A stretch of DNA of 52,493 nt, filler included, from Catajapyx aquilonaris (GCA_000934665.2; 2 parts of 2 records of this genome joined end to end with filler, not necessarily neighbours in it), one strand, 5' to 3'; positions 36,788 to 49,354 are shown, counted from the first letter of the whole stretch. Numbers and translations: made by a program. Notes: a model not told the origin generated them from the sequence alone.

Positions 36788-38232
36788 GGCAGGTAAGTTA
36801 TTAAACAAAATGCAAACCGTTTCCGCGAATGCCTACAAGGTCAAAAGCTATCACCTCTCGAACTCACCCAGTCATTCCATGTGAAATGGGCGAGGGTGGT
36901 TGCTCGACCATCTAGTTAATTTTTATATTTTCACCATAGGTAGCCTTGATATTGACTTGGTCAAAACTATTTTTGTTAATTTTTTATCTGCCACCATGTT
37001 GGATTTAAACTCATTTTTCTTCACCTCGACGAGCATTTGCAAGTGTCCTGAAAAAGGCTACTGTTTGGTGTCTATTCAAGATAGAGTGTTCTGATTTTCA
37101 CTTCCTGAAAGTAGATGGTCTTGGCCTTTCAGGTTATGTCCATACATGTAGGATAAAACTTTAGTAACTGGGACTTTTATGGTCTTACATACAACCGCCG
37201 AAATGATAAATTTTGCCATTTTCAAATGCATGTAAAATCAAAAGGGCTTTAAACAACAGGATGGATATTTTTTTTCAAGAACTCTGACTGGGAGGGGATC
37301 CAGCCGTGGTCAAAGAACCGAATTTTAGGTCAGAAATTGGAAAAACTTCGGAATATGCATACCTCAAGGTCAAATATCTCAAAAATAGTTATTTTAAAAA
37401 AATTGAAATTTTGGCCATGGATACGCCTACTAGTACTTAGTTAAAAACCGCGAATGAAACCTTGGACTTTCACTTTTCTGCCGTCCCGCCGCGCCGTGAA
37501 GCACCCGATTCCCGTAGCCACTAAGGGCGAAAGTCGCGTACATGTCCCGCATCCATCCCCGCTGGGTTAGGGGGAAGGGTGCACGCGACTTTCGACCTCT
37601 ACCCTTTCGACCCTCTACTTTCAGGAAGTGAAAATCGGAACACTCTATCTTGAATAGACACCAAACAGTAGCCTTTTTTCAGAACACTCGTTTTTGTTCG
37701 CCGCGGTGAAGAAAAATGAGTATAAATCCAACATGGTGGCAGATAAAAAATTAACAAAAATAGTTTTAACCAAGTCAATATCAAGGCTACCTATGGTGAA
37801 AATATAAAAAATTATCTAGATGGTCGAGCAACCACCCTGGCCTGGACACTTTCTAAGGTTTCACCGATTTTCTTGAAATTCGGTATATTGCTAGCCCACC
37901 CCAAGCGATGAAAGACGCACCTAAAGTGACCTGCCAAAAATGACCCGGTGACCCCTTCTTGGGGGGCAGAGATCAACTCATAAATGCCGAAAACTCACCA
38001 ATTTTCTTGAAATTTGACGAAAAAAGGGTTCACCGGGTCATTTTGAGCTGGTCACTTTAGGTGCGTTTTTCATCCCTTGGGGTGGGCTACCAATGCAATG
38101 TACCGAATTTCAAGAAAATCTGTGATACCTTGGAAAATGGCCCTTGTGAGTTCGAGATGTCATAACTTTTGACCGTGTAATATGTAGGCATTCGCCGAAA
38201 CGGTTTGCATTTTGTTTAATAACTTGCCTGCC
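36788..38232. mobile_element. Palindromic TA-flanked MITE with GGC...GCC ends, carrying a second long-armed element (about 36871-37842) in its left arm
   Basis: Outer arms 36788-36867/38146-38232; inner arms 37846-37958/38024-38140; inserted element arms 36889-37114/37614-37842 starting GTCATTCCATGTG. Confidence 0.8.
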
Positions 38233-39028
38233 TATATTGTTGTGCCAAGTTTCATTTGACAACACTTACAGTTCCCTTGTGAGACACAACTGGCAGCCCA
38301 GAGTCAGTCGGTCACTCGCTCCGGTGCCCAGGAACATTTCTTCATCAAAACTGCAAGTATCTCATCATATTGGGCTCATTTACGTTCTCAAGGGTTTTCT
38401 TTGTCAGACCTATGCTCGGCCATTGTCCAACACCCATCCAGCATTTGGAAGCGTTTACAGCTCGATTCAAGTTTATGGCAGTCCAGATCCGCTCTCTTAT
38501 CTCCATCCCGCACCCCTCCCTGACCCAAATGATATACGCGTACCTTAGAATGAAAAATCAGCATGATACATTCTTTCTGCGGTATAGTCTGACAAATATT
38601 AGGACCTCGAGAATTACCCTATAACTCATGCCTTGGCAGCTCCTTGTGGGCTTATGGGTCTTATCTGGTGATTCATCATCCCAAGATATCTATTTTGGGT
38701 CAGAACGATGGGTGGGATTGAGTGTCAGTCTAACCTGCCAGCGCCGCGCCCGCCGACGCGTACGGGTCGCGGGGACAGAAGCCAAAGTCAGGCGCGGGGC
38801 CCCTACAATTCGGCGCCCCCCGCATCACTCGTTATAGAAACTTGAAATTTATAAATAACTAAAATAAGGTTCTTATTAATTGAAGTAAAAAAATGCATAT
38901 TAATGCCATAACAATCGTAAATCTTTAAAAAGGTACACATGTTACAAACCCAAGAGGACCCCGTACCCCCGCACCCCACGCGCCGGAGCTGTAAATGACA
39001 TATGCTTAAGCCAAACTATGCAACAGTA

Positions 39029-39801
39029 CAGGGTGGGCGAAAAGTCCCAGGACACCTGGCTTTTTTTTGCCTGCAAAACAAATCTGTGCATGGAAAATGT
39101 GTCGGGGATGCTGGTGTAACATCATCTGGACACTGACAGAACTGTTTGATGAGGGGAGACATCTGGGGACCCCCAACCACACCCACAATAAATTAACAAT
39201 GTTAACAGTGCAAGATGGCGGATACGAGCGGGTTCACTGTGGAGGAGAGACTTGACGTGTGGCTACTGTGTGGGTCCACGAGAGGCCTCATACGGGAAAG
39301 AACCTAACGCACATCATGCAGGATATCAGGGCTCGTTTTGGTAAGGCGCCACTGAGAAGAAGTAACTTGTTCAAGTGGGAGAAAAAAGCATTTAGCAAGG
39401 GAAGTGTCTTTCACGCTTCCCGTCTTTCACATTTCACATGCTGAATGCTTTCTTCTCCCACTTGAACAAGTTACTTCTTCTCAGTGGCGCCTTACCAAAA
39501 CGAGCCCTGATATCATGCATGATGTGCGTGATGTTCTTTCCCGTATGAGGCCTCTCGTGGACCCACACAGTAGCCACAAGTCTCTCCTCCACAGTGAACC
39601 CGCTCGTATCCGCCATCTTGCACTGTTAACATTGTTAATTTATTGTGGGTGTTGTTGGGGGTCCCCAGATGTCTCCCCTCATCAAACAGTTCCGTCAGTG
39701 TCCAGAAGATGTTACACCAGCAAATCCGACACATTTTCCATGCACAGATTTGTTTTGCAGGCAAAAAAAGCCAGGTGTCCTGGGACTTTTCGCCCACCCT
39801 G
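39029..39801. mobile_element. Foldback made of two 5' ends of a Tc1/mariner-superfamily transposon, each with the transposase N-terminus
   Basis: About 365-bp arms, CAGGGTG ends, TA TSD; MADTSGFTVEERLVA...RARFGKAPLRRSNLFKWEKKAFSKGSV resembles the DUF4817-type HTH. Confidence 0.85.
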
Positions 39802-41145
39802 TAGGCTACATGGTCAGACCTTCGTCTACAAGGCTTTTGCGCCCTGCTCTCCCAGGTGGTCTACAGCTGCAAATAAGAAATGCATCGTGCTATACTGTGA
39901 ACATGAACATGACGGCCCTCAATGGCCCTCAATGGGTATTTCCTGGATTTGTTTTTGCAACCGCGTCTACAGTTTCTGGAAGTTCCGAGGGAGCTGCAAA
40001 TGCCTTCCGCTCCCGACCTTATCTTAATTACTTCGCATAAATAATTTGGACACTGCTCGTTATTCTTAATCGGGTCAACTATTCCAAATATGCAATTTTT
40101 GTGAATTTTGACAGAAAGGTAGTGTTGCACCTTTACTTGGGTCACTTCCCAATTACAATAATGCTATTTCGCAGCGTTTTTGTCGATACATATTGGGAGA
40201 TTATCACTCCAGCCGATAGTTGGCAGCATTAACCCCAATGCAAATAGATGTGTTTGGTAGTCGCGCCTCCAAGTGGAGAGGTGGTGAAACTACCCTGTTT
40301 ATATGCTATCGTGATTCCGACACTTTCTACTCCTCTTCTGGTTCTTAAATGTAGCCGATAAATCTGGAAGTATTATTATACTGTCAATTAGTAAAGAAAA
40401 TCTGAAGAACCACTCAAGAAGAGAAAACAGAGAAACTCATAATTAAGCTTGATCTATGTTCGGACATGTTAGAATTCGATCGCGATGTGCACAGGTCTGG
40501 CCCCTTGACTGCAGGGTGCCATATTGAATCCATGTCGGCTCGGTATGACGGAAATTGACATGCAGTATCAGGCGTTTGCTACCAATGGAGGTCACAGCTC
40601 AAACTCTGGCTGCGAACAGAAGCACAGGCTTGCATGAACCACCGTGGTCTTTCCTGCTCGGTACACTCGACTATTGTGCCTATGATCCCGCTCACGTGAT
40701 CCCGCTATTGGATACAAGATGGCTGCCAGAATCCACACCCTTCTCATATTACGTTACCAGTGGTAATGATCCTGTCAGTTATTAGCTCTTGATCCTATCT
40801 ATTGTGACCCAAAGGCAAAGGTGCAACATAGCCTTTTGAACCTCACGATTATAAAATTATGAATCAACCAGGAATGCAACCCTATTTGTTTTTTGAAATC
40901 ATTACAAAACGCTGTATATAACTACAGTAGTATAGTGCAGGAAAGAGGCCCCTGCTTTAGCGGTCAAGACTACTGTCTTGGTAGCAACTAATTATAGGCT
41001 ACTGAAATGCTTTTCCAAACTGATACTTTTTATATCAGCTGTCATTATCCCCTAAAAGGCCTAAGAATACCTGTCACGGGGTATCCATTATTATATCAGC
41101 TGTCATTGAATATTTGACATAAAATAGCAGCTTAGAAAAGCTTCT

Positions 41146-41210
41146 ACTGCTGCTACTACTACTACTACTACCACTACTTCTACTACTACTACTACCACCA
41201 CCACCACTAC
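41146..41210. repeat. (CTA)n/(CCA)n compound microsatellite
   Basis: Directly visible. Confidence 0.9.
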
Positions 41211-41609
41211 ACAGAATAAAATCGGCTAAAGTGCCTGTGTGTGTGGGTGTGTTACCTCCGTAATGAATTAATGCAAGCTTATTATAATATAGTGCACAAT
41301 ATGCATAACAGTCTCTAAAACGGTCATAAGTGCACTTCTGCCAATAACAACTATAGAGTGCATCTGGCTGAATGCTATCTCTTCATCTCACTATCCAGTT
41401 TAGTAGCATCTACATTATTATTTATACAGCTACTATTCTCTATGAGTATAAGCTAGAATGTGGTAAAGACAAACTGTCCGTGGACCATCCTGCGAAGTGA
41501 TATGTCTCGCGCTTGAGCAATGCTGAGAACGTGACATGCAAACTACTGTATTTGGCATCTACTGTAGAACTCCCTTCAATAATGAAGGGGTCAACAATAA
41601 TTATTGGAC

Positions 41610-44600
41610 TCAGTGCCTGCGAACCGCCCGTCCCCAGAGTGCGGCGGAGGACGTGGCGTCGTCGGCAGTGTTGCCAGAAGAAGCAGCTGCACTGACCTCG
41701 ATGGCTCCCCTCCACTTGTCCGCTGCGTGTCTCGCCAGTTCCATCTTCCTCTGTTTCTTCAACTGGTGCTTCTTGTACACTATCTCTATCACTATTAGAC
41801 CAACGCCTCCGACGATTCCTGCTGCCACCAATATGAAGACACCCGCCATGTTCTTCAGGCCCAGAGTGGCAGGCGTCTTCTCGTTCTGCTCGCATTGCTG
41901 GTAGTTGCCCTGTAGAATCCAGCGCGTGTCCAGGTCCTCCATGAATCCACCTGGGTACATTTCGTAAGGCTGTAGTAAAATGCTTAGGCATTGTCTTGAG
42001 GTGCACGTAACGAATACCGGGTATCCCAGAGGCAGGACTAACATGCCATAGGTACTGTAGACTAGCTATATTCCCAGCGGGGTAGAAGGGATTTCCCCAT
42101 AAGCAGTAGAATCGTTGGGGACTTGGGGGTGAGGAAAGGGGAGACCACTAAGAGTCATAATACATATTTAACATTCTTCAAGGGAGGTATTCATGAGAAA
42201 CCAAAGAAACATAACGAGTAAGTTATTAATAAAACCAGGCTATCTTCTTCAGTATACGAATCCTTCATAAAGCAGAAAATTAAGATTTATTGAGTCTCTT
42301 CGGCCCAGGTGCCAGGTGACCTTGCCCAATGGGAGGTGGACCCGAGATGAAAATGTTCCATAATATAATATATTGGAAATAGGAATTTAGCGTTGAGGTG
42401 ATGTGTAACCAGGAATTGACACTTTTGACAACATGTGACAGCCTGGTTTTGAAAATGACCTATACTTTATGTGTGGAATTTTTTAACTACTGTTTGCACG
42501 AGAAATAAGGTAGGCTACGTTGATACGGGAGCGAAATTCCTCGGAAAGTGCCTGGAAAGTAGATTCGACTAAAAGTAGATTCCAAGTAATTTCCAACTTC
42601 CCAGTGGCAGTCGTCCTCACGAGCCAGGTTAGTACTACCTATGTGCTCCATCGGATGGCGCCCTCGTAGACTAAAACAATGGAACGCGCAACCCGCTCAA
42701 CCCAACAACTTTGGGAAAATGTTCCCTGCTGAACTCAAGGGAAGGTTGTCTTACGATGCGTTTCGAGACACAAAATTAAGTTCCCTACGAAATGCTTTAT
42801 CGTATTTTTGCTACTGCGCCCCTTTAACTCCCGCGAGCCATACTAGCCGGGCAAAACCCTGCAATCAGTTTCAATCCAACACCCGGTCAACATACGTATA
42901 CTCTAGCCTCGAAAGACAGGGATACCCCGTACATTGTTCATATTTTACACACTGCTTGTGGACATAGGATCTCATAAATGCAACTCACTCTCATGGAACT
43001 CGAGTATGGCGAGAGTGACCGCGTCAGCCCAGGGTGATCCCTTCTGCAGCCCGACTCCGTACCCTGATCTCCCGAACAACTCCCCAGCGGTGACCAAGTC
43101 ACAGTCTTGCGCAGCCTCAAACTCCAACCTGGAGCTATCCCAGATGAAAGCGTTCAGCTTCCCGTCTTTCACATCCTGGATGGCTTCCTCAGCAGTCTCG
43201 TAGTTATTGCCTTCCATCGTTCGGTACATATTTGACAGCTCCACCTGTCTCCGGAAGTACATATCTACGGCTGACCCCTTGACCGTCGCATATGTGAAGT
43301 TCTCGGTCGGGTTACGCAGCTGAAAGAGCAAGAGGGAAACATGTTTACAGAAGCAAGGCGTCCGACTGCTAATCGGGAGGTCCTGGGTTCGAATCCCGGG
43401 GCCGGCAACCTTGACTGTCAAGTGGTTTTCTGTGGTTTTCCACGGTCTTTCTGGGATAATTCCGGGGTCCCTTCCGTATATAATAGGCCACAGCCGCTTC
43501 CTTCCTTCCCTATCCTTGGAGGTTGAAAGGCAATGCTGGGCCAACCTCCTTAAATATCAATTGAAGGGGTCGGTGCAATACCGCCCTAACCCACCAAATG
43601 ACACAAATTGAGTTAAGCACACTTCCATGTACTACACTCATGTATCTAATAAAATCCATTGAAATTGTGCAATTTCTGCCATCGGTCACTGAGAAATCAA
43701 ATGAAATAAGTCACATGGTATATGGGATGTATATGGCCTCTCAAACTTTCAACTGCAGTTTTCTCAAAATCAGGTTTGGGAGGGTTAGGGCAGTATTGCA
43801 CCGACCCCTTCAATTATAAAGTCCCCTCAGCCGAACTTCTTTAAAAAACAGGCATGCGTCCTAAAATAATATTGCGACATCTGTGGTTAAGCCATACACA
43901 GTAGGCAGGGGCGTAGGCTAACTACCATAGGTGCAGGTGGTGCGACTTCACCAGGACCCCCGGCCATAGGGGCCCCCCGAATTCTCCGACGAGTTTGGTA
44001 AAACTTGCAGGAAAACCCCAACCCATAATACGTCGTTTGCCTATAACCTATACAGTATATGTAATTCTAGAAGACGTAAGAAAGCGCGTTCGATTCAGTC
44101 GATTCGGGGTGTCACTATCTCACTGTGAGACTCTCGCAATCGCAGTGTCAGAAGGCTAATCAGTAGGCTATGGCAGAAAAACACAGAAATCAGAAATTAT
44201 CACAGTAATAGTAATACATAATGAATCATAGTCTAGTGCAGATACTTTGATACATCATGGCCACTTGGCCACCTGGGGCAAAGCTGGGGGCCTCCGACAA
44301 AAGTAAGTGAGATCGGCAATTGCAGGGTTTGATGCAAAAACAGGAAAAGTCCACTTTTTGCCGAAAATCAGTTATGGGTGTTTATGCTATCTTGGGACCA
44401 TTCTGCATCTTTTGCTTCAAAAATCAGACCTGTCACGCCCTCCACTGAGAAAATATAGCCTCTAGAGCAGGGGTGGGCAAATTATACGGCCCGCGGAGAA
44501 AATTTGTGCGGCCCGCGCACAAATTTTTGGAATGGGGTCCTAGCCTACATTTTGCAAACCCATGTAAAAAATCATCCTGATTTTTAAATGAATTCTGGTG

Positions 44601-46303
44601 TTTTTGTTTGAAGAAATAAATATTAGTTTTCGAGCTGTGATCGATCTAAGATCATAATAATATTATACGGTATCGTATTGCCCTCTGACGTCACTGTTGT
44701 CCAAAAAAAAACATGGTTGCTTTGTTGCTTTGTTTGTTGCCTAACAACGGAATCGAACGACCGCCAATCAGCCAATCAGCCGAATGGAACGACCGCGAGG
44801 CGACGGCATACTGACGTCACTGTTGTCCGAGGCCACGCTCACGTTTTTCCCGCCAATTTGCGCGTGACTTTTAAACCCCCGATAATTTATCGAGGAATGA
44901 CATTTTCGTGCCGAAAAGTGGTGGAATGTAGGTTTATATGTATATGGTTGAGCTATTCGCGTACAAATTACGCCAATCCCAGCCCAAGGCTAGGACCCCA
45001 TTCTTGAAATTTGTGAAAAATAACATGGCACAATTTATATATAAACTGTTTATATCTATTATTATTATCTATTATAAATAATGAATATGTAGCCTAATTT
45101 ACTGTCAACTTCTTATTAGGTTGAAATTTCCTTGTTAGATGCGGCCCGCCAAAATATTTTTGCCGCTCTGTGGTTCATGGAGCAAAAGGTTAGCCCACCC
45201 ATGCTATAGAGTCCTAAAGTCCTCATAATACGTATGTCCTATAGAATACCTATATACTTTACTTGCTAACATTTTTTCTTGTTAAATATTGAAATGAGGG
45301 GAAGCAGCACTGTTGTGGCATGGGCCGTAGTCTAGAGTGGGCGCGGTCATCCAAAATTCCTGTCCAGTATGCAATATTCACTTACCCTAGCATCGTGTAT
45401 CCCAGCCAAGCTGCTCTTGGGTCTATCCAGCACCAGAAAGGCGGCCAGATTGGCAGTGTAAGAGGCGACGATGATCATGGCAAATCCGGCCCAGACCATA
45501 CCGAGAACCCTGGCCGAGAAACTGCGAGGCGTACCTTCGCCAATGCCCGAATTGAGCAGCACCCCCCAGGCGAACCATATGGCAGAGGACAGGTTCAGTG
45601 CGTCCTCCTCAGTGCCGTCCGAGTTGGCCAGCCTGAATCGGCCGAATGGCGAGAATCGGTCTAGCAGGTACAACACCAACGCAACCACGTGCACTGATAC
45701 CATCACTAGGATCCACAAGGTGTCTCGAAACGGCTGCAAAAATGACACCAGCGTAGCCGCCTTTGGCTGCTTCTTCTCCAGTATGGTGATGCCCTGGTAC
45801 TTGAACGGTTTGCTGAACTCTATCACTTGAGCTCTCTCAGGGTTGATTGTCAGTGGCGCAACAATCATGTCTGCTTCCTCGCTGACCAGTCGGCCAATCA
45901 GTCCGGTCCATTCTTTACGACCACCGTCTCTCGACACATATCCGCCGAATTGGCCGTCTGGAGACAATGACAGGCTGTATGTGAAGTTTATCTTCTCTGA
46001 CAGTTGCTGCAGCAGATCCATGCAGTACCCGCGGCAACAGAACAGCTGGTAGTCCGAGTCAGAGGCGTTGAAATGTGGACAGGGTACCTCACCCTGCAAT
46101 GTGTCGCACCCTTCTTCATCGGACGATGGAGATGACGATGAGTCTCCTCCATTATTCACCCTTCGCACATACACAAACGGTTTTTCCTCGATGGTCAGCA
46201 CCCGCAGGTGGGTTGGGATCATCACGCCCTCGGGTCGGGACCTTTGCCGACCTGGCCACACAATGGCTGCGTCTTCTACTTGGAGGACCATTTTCTTTTG
46301 TAC
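41610..46303 (-). CDS. Nmdar1: NMDA-type glutamate receptor subunit 1 (GluN1), 3' part; exons 46303-45386, 43319-42989, 41950-41697 (or read-through to stop at 41610); N-terminal exons not found in window
   Basis: IWPG-like [46 protein letters not shown]2 [92 protein letters not shown] introns with compatible phases. Confidence 0.96.
43355..43520 (+). mobile_element. 5'-truncated Nin/Deu-like SINE in Nmdar1 intron
   Basis: B box GGTTCGAATCC; homologous to 6880-7355. Confidence 0.75.
43563..43811. mobile_element. MITE with AATT TSD (Sola-like)
   Basis: TIR GAAGGGGTCGGTGCAATAC(C/T)GCCCTAACCC; AATT at 43559-62 and 43812-15. Confidence 0.8.
44468..45203 (+). mobile_element. hAT/Charlie-type non-autonomous element
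   Basis: Ends CAGGGGTGGGCAAA/TTAGCCCACCCATG, GCGGCCCGC subterminal motifs, 8-bp TSD CTCTAGAG/CTATAGAG. Confidence 0.85.
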
Positions 46304-46316
46304 CTGCAGATTGCAA

Positions 46317-46319
46317 AAA

Positions 46320-46370
<51 letters not shown>

Positions 46371-46372
46371 AT
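46317..46372. repeat. (AAAT)14 microsatellite adjacent to an Nmdar1 splice acceptor
   Basis: Perfect 56-nt run ending 11 nt before the AG at 46305-46304 on the minus strand. Confidence 0.95.
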
Positions 46373-46489
46373 CGCATTTGGACAATTCCATGTGAGATCC
46401 GCCCCAAAAGCAAGATTCACACCCTCTATTTTTTAATGAAAGTGAAAATTGGAGTATCAACTTACACAACAACAAGAAAATACGATATA

Positions 46490-46712
46490 CAGGGTGTTCC
46501 AGATTCGTGGGTCGCTTTTGGATAACTGATATCGCCCGATAGCAGTTATTTTTGTAGCTCGTTGTGCTCCTAACCATGTGCTTTATTCTATAACAGTAGT
46601 TATAGAATGGGGGACATGGTTAGGGGCACAAGAAGCTACAAAAAATAACTGCTATCGGGCGATATCAGTTAGACAGTTATCCAAAAGTGACCCACGAATC
46701 TGGAACACCCTG
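46490..46712. mobile_element. Palindromic Tc1/mariner-type MITE
   Basis: CAGGGTGTTCCAGATTCGTGGGTC...GACCCACGAATCTGGAACACCCTG; TA TSD. Confidence 0.9.
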
Positions 46713-47257
46713 TATACTGCACTGTCATTTACATGACAACGTAAATGCATGATGTAATACAAGTTTCATATGTGAAATTGGCTCCTCTTTTCGAAGGAAA
46801 TGTTCGTTTTTCGACATGTGGCAGATTAATGCCAAAAATGGAAATATTTGCAAAAGAAAAATTTGAGTTTCAAAATGAGGGACAAAGTCAAAATGTCATC
46901 ACATTGATATCACAATACGCATCATAGTGCCCTCTATCTGTGATGCAAACGAAATTATGGTCAACGAAAGGGTTACGGAACTATTGGCACTGACATGAAG
47001 TGCTGCGGGAGTGCTACTCCAGCAGAGTGCAAATGAGCGGCCCATATTGAGCCAGAAGGAATTCCATACAATCATATCTAAATATCTTATTAGTGAATGT
47101 TGATTTGGACTTGAGTTAGAAAGAACTAGAGGTATGAACAGACAAATATAAAGTAGGCTTCATGGAATATATTATTTTATTATAACTAAACCAACATTTC
47201 TTGGACATGAGCATGGAATATTCATTATTTTGTTCTCACTATATCATAGTAAATACT

Positions 47258-48755
47258 TCATGGGTTGTTCAAGTTGAAAATTTTCTTACATATTAGTTCC
47301 TTCTTCTCATAGTTGGAAATAATACTGTGATATGGCAATGTTCCATGGATTGTCCTCGCCATAGCAAATCTGTTGCCCAGTTCAACCTTTGTTCTCTTGT
47401 GATCCACCGGCGAGTAAAAATGATTCAACATAATATTCAAACCTATTTCAACAGAGATTTCAGTGTACTGTACATGTAGTAAGTTACACTGAAATTGGGT
47501 CCAGCATCACAGTTCCCTGCATGCTAATTATTATTTTAGAGGCCAACATTTTCAGGTTACCCCCTATACACTGTCGCAAGGACCCTTCCCATGCGCTGTG
47601 GCATGGAAATGCCACTTTTCTGGCATGCCAAAGTATCCTTTGTGATTAAGGTAGTTCTTGCGCTTGGAAACGGGGGGAAGGGGGGGGGGGGTGTTGAGCC
47701 TATGTTTATACATGGGGCGAGCTGGCCAATACCAACTTCTGCGATTGTAAGACATTTCTGCTAGTATTTCTCTGAAACAGAGTTTTGAGTACGTGTTTCG
47801 CGTCGGATACGTTACCTGAACATTTATTTGGGTGATAATAATTCCCTCGTGCACTTTTGTCCCGGAGAAGAGCAGAAATATGGCTGTTCCAAATACCGGA
47901 AAAAGTGCGGGAAATCCGGCAACGTTGCACACGTTGGCAGCACTTATCAACAATGTATCGATGTTTCGATGTATCGATATTTCCCCCCAGCGATATATTG
48001 AGTTCTCGATAGTTATCCCAACTATCCATATTATATCGATATTTTAATAAAATTACGGTGATTTGAGCTTATCAGACATCGATATTTTATAAGTAAACCA
48101 TCGACATATCGATATCTGCCTCCTTTGCTGGTAACTTTAGGTAACTGTCTAGTAGATCAATAACTTGAGACCAGAGACCAATCTCCCATACACAATCATA
48201 CACAATCATACAGTACCGGACCGGCGTTTCATTCAGAAACTCCACGGACAACACTTGCACTTCCCTTGTCAGTTACATGCCATTCTGAAACCTAGGCGGC
48301 TCGGGATTTGAAAATCCCGAGCGAAGGCCGCCATGACGACCGTCGCTTACAGCGGGGTCGCCTGCCTGACAGCCAACTGAAGAGTCGGCTCCTCACAAAG
48401 TGACGATTTGCGGGGGAAGGACCAAGCTGACCACTATGAAAATCGCCACTAAATTAATCTCCCGACTTTCCCCCACATTAATATGGTTTTATGATAACAT
48501 CTTAATATTTTTAATGAAGCTAGGGACACTTTTCTCGAGGCCCGCAGACCGGCTCCCATAAGGCTCCATGGATAAGGGGCCGCCAGAAGCCCAACTTTGA
48601 AAATTAATATCTCACAAACGAGATAGACGAACCTCTTGAAACTTCACAGGAGTATGTGCGACATGCCCAGGAATGGATGGTGTGATTTTCACGAAATTGT
48701 CAATAAATGGACTTAGCGCAAGAACTACCTTAAGCAGGTTGATATATTGAGATAT
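47258..48755 (-). pseudogene. Degraded Sola2-like transposase fragment split by the TTAA element
   Basis: Joined flanks read YINLLNHKGYFGMPEKWHFHATAHGKGPCDSV; downstream LGNRFAMARTIHGTLPYH; both match recalled WHFFATSHGKGPCDG and RF-A-TIPGT-H motifs. Confidence 0.65.
47650..48729 (+). mobile_element. Complete TTAA-target non-autonomous DNA transposon (Kolobok-like)
   Basis: TTAA|GGTAGTTCTTGCGCT ... AGCGCAAGAACTACC|TTAA; purine-starting TIR favours Kolobok over piggyBac. Confidence 0.85.
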
Positions 48756-49354
48756 CCCCCCCTTTTCTTTTTTTCCGTTTTTTCCCTCTGTGGAAGCTAA
48801 GCCCCCCCCTAAATCCGCCACTGATCTGGCCTCAATATGTGTAGCCACCTAGTGTCGAAAATCTGACTTGAGCCGCGAAAAACCACTAATGAACATGGCG
48901 GATGCCGCTGCTGAAGCTAGGCGCTCATCTGCTCAGTTTTATTTTTTTACTCATATTATTTTATAGTGCAATTTTCGTCAATGCAGTGAATGTCCTGGGA
49001 TTCACAAGGAATGTGCCTTATAGGAAACACGAAAAGATGTGTCTGTGACAATCTTTGTTGCTGTAGAGAACTGGTCATTTTCTTGTGCTGCTGAGACAAA
49101 TTTCCATTTAATAGGGGAGGCGCACAGTGGGACCAAATCGAAAAAACCTGGGCGAACCCATTTTATAATGAAGGTTGGATGGGTCCCCAATCCATGTAGA
49201 AATGTTCTAAAGTATCAAGGCCATCACGTATGAATAACGATGTCAAGTTTGAACATCGCATAAACCCTTATTCACGGCCCAGAAATCCTGCATTTCATTC
49301 ACACCTAATCCCAATCATTGCGACCTACAGTAGTAGATCCGCGGCAACGATTGA

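Noticed and set aside
9815..46303. CTPS, EIF1AD, Nmdar1 and the orphan gene as a functional cluster
   Set aside because: Unrelated functions, mixed strands and an artificial gap between them; no evidence beyond proximity.
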